Shown here: piece after piece, positions 12,202-25,204 of the stretch
Layout of the letters: the number at the start of each line of letters is the position of its first letter
Position numbering within the stretch: position 1 is the first letter of the stretch
DNA from: Octopus vulgaris
Lineage: Eukaryota
NCBI GenBank assembly: GCA_951406725.2
Contig: OX597814.1
Span: 170,314,001-170,378,000 of the forward strand
Length of the DNA: 64,000 nucleotides
Direction of reading: 5' to 3'
Notes under the pieces: model-generated
What the model was told of the DNA's origin: nothing
The model's database searches: none
Seen by the model: only the letters and a program-made list of their open reading frames with translations
Made by a program: the position numbers and the translations under genes

Positions 12202-12616
12202 AGGCGCAGGAGTGGCTGTGTGGTAAGTAGCTTGCTAAACAACCACATGGTTCCGGGTTCAGTCCCACTGCGTGGCATCTTGGGCAAGTGTCTTCTGCTA
12301 TAGTCCCGGGCCGACCAATGCCTTGTGAGTGGATTTGGTAGACAGAAACTGATAGAAGCCTGTCGTATATATGTATATATATATATATGTATGTGTGCGT
12401 GTTTGTGTGTCTGTGTTTGTCCCCCTAGCATTGCTTGACGACCGATGCTGGTGTGTTTACGTCCCCGTTACTTAGCGGTTCGGCAAAAGAGACTGATAGA
12501 ATAAGTACTGGGCTTACAAAGAATAAGTCCCGGGGTCGATTTGCTCGACTAAAGGTGGTGCTCCAGCATGGCCGCAGTCAAATGACTGAAACAAGTAAAA
12601 GAGTAAAGAGAGAGTA
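12202..12616 (+). mobile_element. SINE A1, full length
   Basis: A-box-like TGGCTGTGTGG, B-box-like GGTTCAGTCCC, ttgggcaagt CORE-like segment, (TA)n(TG)n, tail ggccgcagtcaaatgactgaaacaagtaaaagag. Confidence 0.92.
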
Positions 12617-12814
12617 TTGAATTCAGATTTAAGTAAAAATAATATCACTGGCTATACCCATGGAAATTCCAAGGTTATTTTTGAAAACTGCAAGATGGTT
12701 GAAATGTACAGAAAATCATGGAGTATGTAATTTCTTTTCAAATTGTAATTTTTATTGAAACATTTGATTCTATAGATGGCATACAAGTTCATATAGGTAA
12801 TATTAATGTTACAG

Positions 12815-13130
12815 TCTTAGTGGGATGCTGGGGCTGGAGAAATCGGTGGAACAGCTGGTAAGAGCAGATGGAGTGCGGTGGTATGGTCATGTGTTGAGGA
12901 GGGATGAGGATCATGTTCTGAGGAGAGTGCTTGAGTTTAAAGTGAATGAACTGCGAAAGCAAGGTCAACCAAAGAAAAAACATGGAGGAGGAGATTGGGA
13001 GGATTGGCTTGAGGAGGGAGGACACCCAAAACCAAGTGAGATAGTATGAGAGTGGTTGCTCTAACAGTGAAGTAGATCCAGCCACCCACCCACCATTAAT
13101 GGAGACAAACCTGGATTTAAAATATTGGAA
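12815..13130 (+). mobile_element. RTE-LINE C-terminus and 3' end
   Basis: ORF 12825-13049 GVRWYGHVLRRDEDHVLRRVLEF; same family as 25898-26306. Confidence 0.8.
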
Positions 13131-13675
13131 TTTAATCTTAGTGGAGAACATCTTTGGAAGCTGTATTCTTTGTTATACACTTGTCAACTCTTCTAACTTA
13201 GGTATTGTTATCCATTATTCTTCACTTTACATCAAGAACTAATCAATTTAAACTATAGGTTGAAATCAAGAAGCAAGCACATTACCTATATTATTTTGCA
13301 ACTATGATTATGTTGGTAAAGCTTTGATAAATCTTAATATTGTGTTATGTCGTATTTTCATAATCAAGAAAAAAGTTCATATTGGTTAATCCACATTTGC
13401 ATGAGCTGTGGATTCTAAAAAACATAGAAGCACAAGTATGGGCATATGTTTAAAAAGTTCCTTTCATTATGATATGGTTTTGGATTCAGTTTCATTGTAT
13501 AGAACATCTCGGTCAAGTTTATTCTGTTACAACTTTGAGTTTATTAATGCCTTGGGTGAAATTTAGTAGACAGAAACTGTAGTGGAGCCTCTCTCTCTCT
13601 CTCTCTCTCTCACACACATACTCACGTACACCCATGGGCTTATATTTATGCTGCTTAAAAGCGGTTATGTTATTT

Positions 13676-14050
13676 ATGTGTGTGGCAAGAAGCTTGCTTC
13701 CCAATCACTTGATTCCAGGTTCAGTCCCATTGCATAGCACTTTGGGCAAGTGTCTTCTACTATAGGCTCAGGCTGACCAAAGACTTGTGAGTGGATTTGG
13801 TAGACGGAAACTGAAAGAAGCCAGTCATATTTATGTGTGTCTGTGTTTGTCCCTCTGTCATCGCTTGACAACTGATGCTGGTTTGTTTATGCCCCCATGA
13901 CTTAGTAGTTCGTCAAACAAGACCAATAGAATAAGTACTAAGTTTACAAAGAATAAGTTCTGGGGTCAATTTCTTCAACAAAAAACTCTTTAAGGTGGTG
14001 GCTCCAGCATGGCTGCTGTCAAATGACTGTAACAAATAAAAAGTAAAAAA
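13676..14050 (+). mobile_element. SINE A1 (diverged); another decayed head at about 13425-13590
   Basis: Colinear with 12202 copy including tail. Confidence 0.8.
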
Positions 14051-14082
14051 ACCTAGCACTTCAACAAAAACAATAGTTGATA

Positions 14083-14277
14083 CTTCGTTTTTGGATTTGG
14101 TTTGCAAGATTCTTTATATGAGTTTGTGTGTTGAAGCACATTCTGTTGTGTCTGGGGAGAGTCATTTTCTTTTTGTGCATTATAATAAAAAATAAGAAAT
14201 AAGTGAAAATTTTACCGGTGAGTGTGTTACATTATAAGGCACAAAAAGAAAATGACTCTCTCCAGACACAACAGAAT
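14083..14277. mobile_element. Insertion with 47-bp inverted arms (14140-14186 / 14231-14277) and flanking 11-bp direct repeat
   Basis: 45/47 complementary arms; AATAGTTGATA at 14072-14082 and 14275-14285. Confidence 0.7.
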
Positions 14278-14521
14278 AGTTGATATGCTCAACTAACTCA
14301 TTGAAGGCAATGTCCCACTATGGCTGCAATCCAGTAACCAATGAAAGAATGTATAAGCCAAACTTAATTTGAAATATTTGTTTATCAGTTGATTGCCTTA
14401 CAAATAGTATAACTGTTATATTTCTAACAGATTATGCCTTTGATTTCATTCCAGAGTTTATCAGTTAGTTGTCTTATGGATAATGTAAATTTTATGCTGT
14501 TGATTTTGTTTTTCTAGTTAA

Positions 14522-14742
14522 CCCTTTTGTTACTGCATTTATTTTGAGATGCTCAATATTTCTTTCAATTATTTTAAATATATCAAAGAATTTAGTAAAA
14601 TAACTTAGTTATCATTCAGCTAGTGTTAGGAACATAAATTGTGACTAAGGTTTGGTGGAAGATTTTAATTCAAAACTTATGAAAACAAGACATTTGTACT
14701 ACAGAGCCAGAGCCGGTTTCAGCCGGGTTGGTAACGAAAGGG
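14522..14742. mobile_element. piggyBac-like MITE family F
   Basis: TTAA both sides; TIR CCCTTTTGTTAC / GTAACGAAAGGG (11/12). Confidence 0.9.
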
Positions 14743-15083
14743 TTAAAGCAGACAGGCAAATATGAAAAGTTTGGTTTAGCAGACAGCAATTGTATTAAAG
14801 TATATTAATTGACTGACATTAAAAACAATAAGTTCAATAAAGGAAAACTACACTATATACTGCTCCCATCTTCATCAACCAATATCCCTGCAGATGACAT
14901 CACCACTGTTACTACTGTAACAGCTACCACAGTTCTCAGTATGTCACGTGTGTGCAAAGTTCTCTTTCTCTTGCCTCTCATTACTACCGTGTTCCTTCCA
15001 TGCAACACATTTCTGTCTGTCTGTCTGAACATATAATAGTGTTCAATTTCTACCTCTCCCTGCTGTTGTATCCTCTCCATTAA

Positions 15084-15289
15084 CCCTTTTGTTACTGTAT
15101 TTATTTTGAGATGCTCAGTATTTCTTTCAATTATTTTAAATATATCAAAGAATTTAGTGAAATAACTTAGTTATCATTCAGCTAGTGTTAGGAACATAAA
15201 TTGTGACTAAGGTTTGGTGGAAGATTTTAATTCAAAACTTAGGGAAACAAGACATCTGTACTAAAGAGCCAGAGCCGGTTTCAGCCGGG
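15084..15289. mobile_element. piggyBac-like MITE family F, right TIR deleted
   Basis: Near-identical direct copy of 14522-14742; ends agccgggTTAA. Confidence 0.88.
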
Positions 15290-16134
15290 TTAAACGACAT
15301 TCGTTTTCTCTCTTTTATTTTTTGTCTCCTTTCAACAAACCATTTCACTGCCTCACATACATAGCTACATTAGCAGATTAATATCACAGATACTTGTTAC
15401 AGGCCGAAAAACAGAATAATGGGGTTTATTTGAATTTGGAGTAAATTATGCAAACATTAAATTTCAGTATAAGAATTCAATAATTCCTTGATTGTGGCAT
15501 TCTTTGTAAAGATACTTGATTATGTGTTTGTCTTAAATGATTTAAAAGTAACAAAAAAAAAAAAAAAATGGTGAAAATAAAGCAGTATCTGTAACCCTGA
15601 GTAACAACTTCATTTAATGTAAAATTGATCATCTTAGAGATTGTCTTTGATTTTAACAGACTTAAGATCAAAGCCATTCTACAGCCAAGAGCATCTTGTC
15701 TTTTTTTGTTTTCTATATGTACTGTATCTTGGACTAAATTTTCTTATAAGTTCTTCCTGTGTGATCCAATGTTAGTGTGAGAGGATTTAGTTTACAATCT
15801 GTAAATACCTTTATTGGTTAAATCTGCTTCCTTATTTTCTTATTCTGAAAATAATATCATCATTTAACTATTTTGATATCAACTCACTTGAAAATGCCAA
15901 TCATTCTTTGATGTAAAAGAGCCTGTTTTAAAGTGGTTCGTATATAAGTAGAACTCTCCATCATAGTCTTTTGATAAATTGCATTTGCCAACATCATCTT
16001 ACTCTACCGATACTCCTAACTCTCGAATATCTTTAAAAAAAAATTGAAACTCAAATAGTGTATTTTGTTAAAAATTTGGTTACAAAGATTTTTAGGTATG
16101 TGTGTACTGTATGCATGTATTGCATAAACGCACC

Positions 16135-16317
16135 CATGCCAATGACACGTAAACAGCACACTGATAAGTGGTTGACATTAGGAAGGGCATTCAGCTATAG
16201 AAACCATGCCTCAACAGGCAGTTGGAGTCTGGACAACTCCCTGCTAGTCAGCTCCATGTCAAACTGTCCAACCCATGCCAGCATGGAAAGTAGATGTTAA
16301 AAGATGATGATGATGAT
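16135..16317 (+). mobile_element. RTE-LINE 3' end (family B)
   Basis: ttaggaagggcattcagctatagaaacc...cccatgccagcatggaaag...(GAT)n. Confidence 0.75.
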
Positions 16318-16349
16318 ATATAATATATATCATTATAATCCTTAGAAAC

Positions 16350-16732
16350 ATTTAACATCTACTTTCCTGACATAGGTCAGTTGGAATTTGTTGATGCTGA
16401 CTTTCTATGGTTGGATACCCATCCTGTCACCAACCTTCACCAAGCATGGTAATATTTCCCCATGGCCAGACATGCTTTTCTTGGAGAACTGGAAATTAAC
16501 ATCACCACTTGTTTGACAGTGATGCTTGTTTACAATCATCACATGATGACAAGACAAGAGTACACACTCACACATGATGGGCAGGCTTCTTTCAGTTTCA
16601 TTTTACTAAATCCATTATTCACAAAACTGGTCAACTTGGATTTATTGCAGAAAATGCTTGCGCAAGTTGCCATGTAGTAGGACTGAACCCAAGAACATAT
16701 GGTTAAGAAGCAATCTTCTTAACGATACAGCT
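16350..16732 (-). mobile_element. SINE A2 (diverged)
   Basis: ccccatggccagacatg and cttctttcagtttc...ggactgaaccc match A2 body and head. Confidence 0.7.
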
Positions 16733-17042
16733 ATATGCACACACACAAACTTTATCATTTAAATTGAAAATAAGGCTGTTTGGATTGTTTAACTTCAATT
16801 ATTTGTGTTTATTTAATCATTTATGATTCAAACTAATAATTGAAGGGAAAAGAAATTTTTTTACTCTTAAATTATTTAATTTTAAGCATAAAAAATTTAA
16901 AGCTTTTGTGCTTTAACTGATGCATTTACTGAGAGTATTGATAATACCATAAAAACAAATCTCACTTAATTGAAGAACATTTAAAGCATATTATTGGTTG
17001 AGAAGAATGAAGTCATATAGTATTAATATTTGGTTGAGTATT

Positions 17043-17250
17043 AGGCAGCAAGCAGGCAAAATTATTCGCATGCAGTACAAAATACTTAATGATACTTTGT
17101 TTGTCTTTATTTTGTGAGTTCAAATTTCACTGAGGGTGACTTTGCCTTTCATCCTTTTGGGGTTGATAAAATAAGGACAAGTCAAGCACTAGGGTTGATG
17201 TAATTTACTTATCCCCTTCCCTGAAATTGCTGGTCTTGTACCAATATTTG
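17043..17250 (+). mobile_element. SINE group C (diverged)
   Basis: gagttcaaattt...gactttgcctttcatccttttggggttgataaaataag shared with 46046. Confidence 0.75.
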
Positions 17251-17339
17251 GTTGGGTACTCAAAATATCTCAAAATGGAATCACATCTGCAAGGCATTGC
17301 ATCTATAAGTATGAAAATATGTTGTTCATGTAGAATTTC

Positions 17340-17800
17340 TTCCCATTTTTTTTATTATTACATAATCATATAATGATGCTATTCAGTCAATCTTCTGGAT
17401 TTTCTGTATTGAATATTCTTGTCAGTCCATTTCTATTTGATTTAAATCCCAGGAGTGTGCTGTATTTTGTTACTTTTGATAAATCCCTTCATTATTCTTG
17501 CAGTATGCTTCAGGTATTTGCCATACTTTCCACAATTAGTCCAAATAACTTCTGACATGTGGAAGTATGGTGTTTTCCAAGATCTTTAGATAGGCAGTAC
17601 TATTCTTGATATACTTAATTTGGTGTATGGAACCAACACTCCTTTCCAGACAGATTGCCTCAAGCTATAACATTACCACCACAATGTTTATAGTGAAATT
17701 CTTTTATATAACATTGAATATTCCAGTCATCAGAGACAAATTGAATTTGTACTCCTCCAGCCACAAAATTCTGTTTTTTTACCAGTTTAGTGACTCCCAA
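17340..17800 (-). mobile_element. Possible very decayed CR1-group LINE C-terminus
   Basis: Fragmentary translation YLKILEN... and KYSTLLGF resembles YIWKILEG and RYCNSLGF of the 27389 element. Confidence 0.3.
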
Positions 17801-17867
17801 TTCATATTGCTCTTGGCTAAACTGAATATGGGTACATAGGTTATTCAGAGTAATATACAATATTTAA

Positions 17868-18077
17868 CCCTTTAGCATTCAGATTACTCTGTCAAATGTA
17901 AAGCCTCTTTAATCACATTGTTTTAGATTAATTGTACAGCATCTTGTAACTCTGAGATTTTGATGATGTCCCTGTTTATTTTTAGAATGACTTTGTAGAG
18001 TAGGTATGAGAGGTCAGAGCTGGCTGGTTTGAGCATAAAACAGGAAGACAAATATGGCCAGTTTAAACACTAATGGG
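17868..18077. mobile_element. piggyBac-like MITE family E
   Basis: TTAA-CCCTTTAGCATT ... AACACTAATGGG-TTAA; homologous to 44497-44717. Confidence 0.85.
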
Positions 18078-19867
18078 TTAATGTGCAACACTTTCCACAA
18101 ACCCAAACAGTTTTTGTTGATTTTTAATAGTAGTGACACTAATCTGCATGTACGTATTTCCGTCAAACTTTGTTTAAAATAACAGCAGCAGTCATTTTCC
18201 TGTTATTCATCAACTAACAGTGAATGCATCGATTCGTCCTTTCAGTTACGTATTTTTTGCTGCTGCCTTGTTTGAGTGTGGTCAGAATAGCTACAAGTGA
18301 GCAGCAGCAGTTGCTGAACTTCCAGTTTCAGCAACTACAAGCTTGAAAACTCCAATTCAGCTCATGTAGTTAAGCAATTCTTGATTGCATCGTCGATGAT
18401 AAGCTCTTATTGTTTATTTTTTAATAACAGATGTTAGGATAATATGTATTCTAATAGTTATTAATAGCTTGTCTTTTTTAGATAGATTATAATTTCAAAT
18501 GTTGAAATTAGATTAATATTTTCTAAAATGTTCTTCATTTAAATGATGTCTTTGTTAATATTGTCAAATAATTGCATTATTTTGTATATTTAAAAGAGTA
18601 AAAAAATTCTCTTTTCTTTATATATAGTTGGAATCATGTTTAAATAAACAGAAATAATTAACATTTAATCATCCATATGTTCTTGTCTGTGAACTAAATG
18701 ATGCCATTGTATGTATGTATGTGAGTCTGTATGTATTTTTTTTTAGAGATTCACTTAAAGAATAAATGTTGAAATACATTTTTATATTTAATCTATGTCT
18801 GCTGATGAAATGGAAGAGAACCAAGTGGAAGCACCCAGTGGGTTACTGTTTTATAATATAGTTTTGTTAAAACTATGCCACCAGTGCCAAGAAGCCAGTT
18901 AACCATAAACCATTTCATTGTAAATGTTTCTACAGATATTTGCCAAGATGCCAACCTATGTCAATATATATATAAAAAAATAAGAAAAAAAATTGAAGTT
19001 TGTATTCCAATTATGCTATAAATTATAATACTTGAATACAATGTATTTCTAACAGATTTACAGAAATTTGATAAACTGCAGTATTGTATATAGCAAGAAA
19101 TATGTAATGAATTTGACTTGTACCAATAATCATATCAATAATTTCATCTTTTAAGAGTTATTTATTATTCATTCAGGTGTGTTACTACTGTTGCCTTTAC
19201 TACCACCACCACCACTGCTATTACTATTACATGCAGTGCTTTGTAATACCATTTTATGATGTGACTTTGCCTTTGACTTTCTATTTGACATAACTCTTCA
19301 TCGTTTTTTGGTTGAATAAAATACATAACAAGTCACGTTCTGATGTCAGTCTATTCAAGTGACTTACTGTGAGAAAATTTTTGTGGTGCAACAATAAATA
19401 CATGGCTACTTTTAAAGTCATTAATATATATGGTTCTTGAATCTAAATTATGTGCCATGGCCACCTTTATTTTATATTATGCTGGGTTTGATTAAATAAG
19501 TATAAGCAGTGATTGTTGTTAAGCCCCAGGTAAGCCTCGATTAAGCAGACACAATCAAAGGCATTCTGACCATTTCTGTTCCTTTTCCCCTTGCACTGTG
19601 TATCTAGTACTACATAATCCAATGTGTCATATTTTTTTTAAGACAGTAGGATACAAAAAAAGCAGTGGGTTGATGAAATTGTTAGAACAGTGGACAAAGT
19701 GCCTTGTGGTATTTGTTCCTGCTCTGTGCCTATTTTGAGTTTTTTTATGATGACCCTAGTGTCAATCTATGTCAAATTTTCCTTTTGATATTGGTGTGAT
19801 GGAGAGTGGAGGCTTGTATGAGTGCTTTATGTGAGACTCTCTTGATGGGTTGTAATTAATGTTACTG

Positions 19868-20224
19868 TCTTTTACTGGTTTCAGTCATTAGACTGCAGCC
19901 ATGCTGGGGCATCTCCTTGTAGAAATTTTAGTTCAGTGAATCTACCCCATGACTTACTTTTTTTTACTAGTACTTATTATTCATCTCTTGCTGAACTTTT
20001 AAGTTACTGGGATGTAAACACACCAACACTGGCTGTTGAGCAGTGGTGGGGAACAGACACAAAGACACACACATACACATATATACAATGGGCTTCTTCC
20101 AGCTTCTGTCTACTGAATCCTCTCACAAGGTTTTGGTCGACCCAAGGTTCCACATAGTGGGACTGAACCCAAAACCATGTGGTTGGGAAGCAAACTTCTT
20201 ACCACACAACTACTCCTACACCTG
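19868..20224 (-). mobile_element. SINE A1 (diverged)
   Basis: Colinear with 11378 copy; tail hairpin CAGTC-TAAT-GACTG on minus strand. Confidence 0.8.
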
Positions 20225-20459
20225 TATACTAAGATTTATTCATTAGATCATACCTACAGTTTCCTAAAAATTTGTAAACTTGTGCCAGTATGAAAGATTT
20301 TTGTTAAGAATGGTAGGAAGTATAAAATGTCTGGCAGAATTTAGTTACATTGAGAGTTCATTTTCTGCAGAAGTTGACTTTCCATGTTCTGGGATTAATA
20401 TAATTGACTTGGCCACTTTCTTTAAAAGTAGTAGCAGTAGCAGCAGCAGTGTGACATGC

Positions 20460-20668
20460 TGGAAGAGCCATTACAATGCCAGACAAAACGCTTAGCAGCA
20501 TATCTTCCAGCTGTTTTATGTCCTGAGTTCAAATTCAACCATGGTTAACTTTGCCCTTCATCCTTTTGGGGTTGATAAAATAAGTACTATTTGAGCACTG
20601 GAGTTGATGTAATCGACTGATAACCTACCCCGAAATTGCAAGCCTTGTGCCAAAATTTAAAACGATTA
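20460..20668 (+). mobile_element. SINE group C (another partial copy about 20305-20420)
   Basis: ctgagttcaaattc...tttgcccttcatccttttggggttgataaaataagtac...ccttgtgccaaaattt. Confidence 0.75.
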
Positions 20669-20671
20669 TTG

Positions 20672-20980
20672 AACCACATGGTTCCGGGTTCAGTCCCACT
20701 GCATGGCACCTTGGGCAAGTGTCTTCTACTATAGCCTCGGGCCAACCAAAGCCTTGTGAAGCCCATCGTATATATGTATGTGTGTTTGTCCCCCTTCCCA
20801 GCATCGCTTGACAGCCAATGCTGCTGTGTTTACATCCCCGTAACTTAGCGTTTCGGCAAAGAAGACTGATAGAATAAGTACTATGCTTACTAAGAATAAG
20901 TCCTGGGGTCAATATGCTCGACCAAAGGCGGTGCTCCAGCATGGCTGCAGTCAAATGACTGAAACCAGCAAAAGAGTAAA
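20672..20980 (+). mobile_element. SINE A1, 5'-clipped
   Basis: aaccacatggttccgggttcagtccc through aaggcggtgctccagcatggctgcagtcaaatgactgaaac. Confidence 0.85.
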
Positions 20981-21324
20981 AAAAAAATGGCCATGGTAGC
21001 AAGCTTATCAAGACTAAGTGGAGGTGGACAGGCTGTGTACAGGATGAAGAGAATCAATTAAGATAATCATTTCCCCTGCTGACTAAATTTATGAAGATTT
21101 AAGATGTAACTTATATATACTGAAATATTCTGGTGTTAGTTCTTAATTTGATTTCCACTATCAAAACCATCACTTGTGGCAACACTCTATTATTTCTCTG
21201 TTGACTTCTCCTGGCATCCCTTAGATAAGTTTTATCTTGTGGACTTGTATATTGGTGTGGTGTTTTTTTATCTTCTTTTGTATTAGTTTTTAATGTTTTC
21301 CTATAGTAGTCTCTGCTGTGTGAT

Positions 21325-21685
21325 TATATGCGTGTATGTGTGTGTGTATATACATGTATGTTTGTATTTATATATATGTGTGTGTATCTATGTATATTTG
21401 TACGTGTGTGTGTGTGTATGTATATTTGTATATATATATGCATGTGTATATATCTATGTGTATGTGTGTATATATATATATGTGTGTGTATATATATATG
21501 TATGTATATCTATATATGTATATATATATATGCATGTGTGTGTATCTATTTAAGCATGTGAGCTTATAACTGTATATAGTATGTATGTCTATATATAGAT
21601 GTATAGGGTAGTCTTTATACACGCACACACGTGTGTTTGTGTAATGTATGTATGTGTACATTCATATGCGTATGTTGTGTATGTG
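21325..21685. repeat. Degenerate (TA)/(TG) microsatellite
   Basis: Directly visible. Confidence 0.9.
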
Positions 21686-22466
21686 AAGAAACATTACCCA
21701 AACTCTATTTCGCAAAGAAAGTTTTATGTTTCATTTTGAGTTATCACTATACTCCCCACCGCACCCCTCTCCATCACCATTCATTCAGTGTGTAATTCAT
21801 TTGATAACCTAAAGCTGTCATCTATCAAAATAATTGAAATATCATTATGAAAGAAGCAGGAAAAAAAATCTCTCTTCAACACCTCCCTTGGAGCTTTCTT
21901 CATATTACTTCTCGTGAAAAATTTTTTTTTGTTTTTGTTACCCTCTGATCTACTACTTTTAAACCGGTTATTGTAAGAACGAAGATGCTTAACAAAATTT
22001 AAATGAGACTAAATTTTGATGTATGTATATATGAGATGGTCTTTTTCATGTGTTGTTTGAATAAATTCAGATATTGTTCAAGAGAAACAGGTGTTCTACA
22101 GATGGATTCTGCTGCCTCTGTCTAATATCGATAGATCACACGCTGTCTGTAAAGTTGGAAATATCTGGTGACCCAAAAAAAAAAAAAAAGAAAAATTTAG
22201 TTAAAAATGTTGTACTTGGGGTGCCGCTATCTGTGGCATGGTGATGCTGCTTCACATCCAGAAACCTTGGAGCATTTAAAAGAAATACAGTAGCATATCA
22301 CTTTCCATGTATGCTGGTGTATACGCCAACTGGCTATATAAGATGACCCCAGAATTTCCTTTTAAAATGCAGGCTATGGGCTATATTTGTTGTATGAGAC
22401 TACCTAGCAACATTTCACCCTTGATGCAGAGGCTAGGAGGTACGTGAGGCAGAGTTCAGGCTTATC

Positions 22467-22640
22467 ACCATCATCATCATCATCAGGAGCCAGCCAGGTA
22501 GAAGACTACACCAGGCCTACTGTGTCTGTTTTGGCATGGTTTTTACAGCTGGATGCCCTTCTTAACACCAACCACATCACAGCGTGGACTGGATACTTTT
22601 TATGTGGCATCAACACTGGCAGGGCCACCAAGTAACTTGC
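22467..22640 (-). mobile_element. RTE-LINE 3' end (family B, older)
   Basis: (CAT)n ... ttttacagctggatgcccttcttaacaccaaccac. Confidence 0.65.
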
Positions 22641-23908
22641 GAGACAAAGAATTTTGAGAGGGGAGGCATCAGAGGAAGTGATCTTGTGTCAGATGATGAA
22701 AGATTATAACCATACCATTATAAGCTTTCCTAACATATCTGTTAAGTTTCAGCAGCAAATATTTAGTGGTCAGACCATAGGAACTATGCAAGTATTTTAC
22801 ATTGTTCTCTGTCTGCCTTGGTGACATTCTAGCCCGCTGCATGTTAAGATTTGGATATTATGCTTAGTATTTAAGATGACCCCTGGTTTGGGGGTAAAAT
22901 TTTTAAGGTTGAAATTTCATTCTGTATACTGACATAGTATGTGATGTGGTGAATTGAAAAAAACTTAGATCAACTGAAATTATCCCAATAAATAGGCAGG
23001 GGCACATAAAAATCAGTGAATGAAAAACAAGGGTGATAATTCCAATAAGATCAATTGATTGAAATTCAAAGACAGTATAGATTGTACAGATTGGAGTGGT
23101 TCTAGTTTCTAAAGCCAGCTGGTGGAAGTTATGCACATATTTTTGCTTTATTAAACCCCTTCAGTGAAGCATATTGTACTCAATTGGCAAAGGAAGCCAA
23201 CTAGTTTAGTTCTGAATAAAATTATCTGTTTCATTGGTACAAAAAAAAAAAAAAAATTGCCTTATCAGCACCCTAGACCTCCCCCTCCGGTACTCCAGAT
23301 ACTCTCTTTCTTTTCTGTCTGCATCTTCTCGCAACTGAAATGGACTCGCCCTTTCAGTTATCTGAATATCCTCTCTAACCTGGCCCATCCGCCTTACTGT
23401 GTATCTCCATCCAGATAAGCAAACCTCCTCCTAGCTCTTGATCTCTGTGGACTGATTAACTTCACCCCACCCCTTCCCCCTGATTCTCTGTAGCCATGTC
23501 TTCCCTCCTCCTCTTCCCCCTGTCACTATTCTTGGATGCACTCTCAACCTTCCCTTTTCAGATTCACTACTTTGCAATGTTTTAACCTAACTCTATGGAA
23601 ATTATCTTTTTCCCCATTGTATCAACCTAACAGTGACTAAATTGTAATCACATTGCCTTATGTAAGCTGTTCTGTCTGTCTGTTTGTCTCTCTCATAAAT
23701 ATGTGTATGTATTTATATAAATCTTTGTTTACTCATATTTAAAAAAAAATCTTTCGTCTCCTTGTCATGTTGCTTTGATTCTCTCTCTCTCTCTCTCTCT
23801 CTCTCTCCCCACACGCACATATGAGAAAGACATTTGCTGTGAGATTTTTACTCCTTTTGTTGCCTAGTGTCTTTCATTTATTTTATTTCCCTTTATTGAT
23901 CACTCATC

Positions 23909-23959
<51 letters not shown>

Positions 23960-25204
23960 TCATTTCTTTTAGTCTTTCTTGTCTCTTGATTTCTGTTTCT
24001 TCCCTTCCATTCTGTCTCTCTTGCCTCATTATTTCTATCACTTGTACTTTCTTCTTGCTCTCCTTCTCTCTCTCTCAATCAGTTTATCTCTCAAACAAGA
24101 ACTCTGAACAACTCACTTGTCAATTGTCAGACTGTATATTGTGTACTGAAGACAACTAAAGACTGGTTTCTAATGATAGACTATACCTGGTTCTGATAAT
24201 TTCATGTGATTGCTGTTTCCTTACAACTTTCTTTCTCTCTACTGCTGTCATAGAGAATGTGTTAAGAAAGAAAGTGATGCACATGTTATTTAATGCTCTA
24301 AGGGTTACAGTGGAACGAACAAGAGACCAAAGTGACAGCAGGAGTTGATTCCATTGATGTAAGATGTAACCTGAAGTGTTTAGGTTGAAGCCAGGGAACT
24401 TCTAGGGAACAGAAAACTGTACTAAGTATATATGTCCTATGTGTGCACTAGTAGAGAAGCAAAAGGAGAACCAGCCGTAGTTCATTTTAACTGATCCTCT
24501 AGTAACTGATGGATAGTACATTAATTAGATGAATGCATCTTCTGATTTTGATATAAATAATTAGTGAAGCTTTGCAAATGTAGGCACCAGATCTATCATT
24601 GGAGATGGAACAAGATTTGTCTTGTGCAATGTTTATGAAGGCATGCATATATGTGTGTGTGTGTATTTGGTATATATAAAAATAATAGTTATGTATATGT
24701 ATTAATAATAGTGTTATATATCAGCAATAGTTATCATCATCATCATCCTTCTCTAATATCTGTTTTCCATGCTTGGGTGGGTTGGACAGTTTGACTGGGG
24801 TCTGGGAAGCCAGGAAGAGTTATATTTATTAATAATAGTTTTATTCATAAATAATAGTTATACATACTTATTGATAATAGTTTTATATACCAATTATAGT
24901 TGTGTGTATGTGTGTTTGGAGAGATATATTATCTGGGTGGATACACAGTTAAGATCCAGTTAATGGCTAACCACAATGACCAGTATCTAACGTCTGTGTC
25001 TATGTTTAGTCGTTAGTCACTCTGTGAATTCTTCCGATGGGTAATTCTGTGTTCTCTTCGATGGACAGTAAAAACTGTCTGGAGTGTATATTTATATTGA
25101 TAATAATAATAAAGAGTATAGAGATTTGTCCTTCCACAAAGTTATAGTTATATACAGCATATCATAATGACCTACGTGTGTTTACTTACAACACACACAC
25201 ACAC

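Noticed and set aside
11542-12620. Recurrent ORFs such as MSSNARGTNTD and RGYSRRHLPK (also 43304-43791, 60867-61395)
   Set aside because: Translations of SINE A1; frames vary among copies with microsatellite length.
18309-18336. Short hairpins agttgctgaa/ttcagcaact (and agtataattt/aaattatact near 48776-48798)
   Set aside because: 10-bp stems are expected occasionally by chance in AT-rich DNA; no further support.
24680-24900. CRISPR-like or coding repeat of aataatagtt units
   Set aside because: Degenerate AT-rich minisatellite with a small family B insert; no regular repeat-spacer structure and eukaryotic context.
25050-25090. gacag/ctgtc hairpin with vaguely hammerhead-like flanks
   Set aside because: Neither conserved core segment is present.
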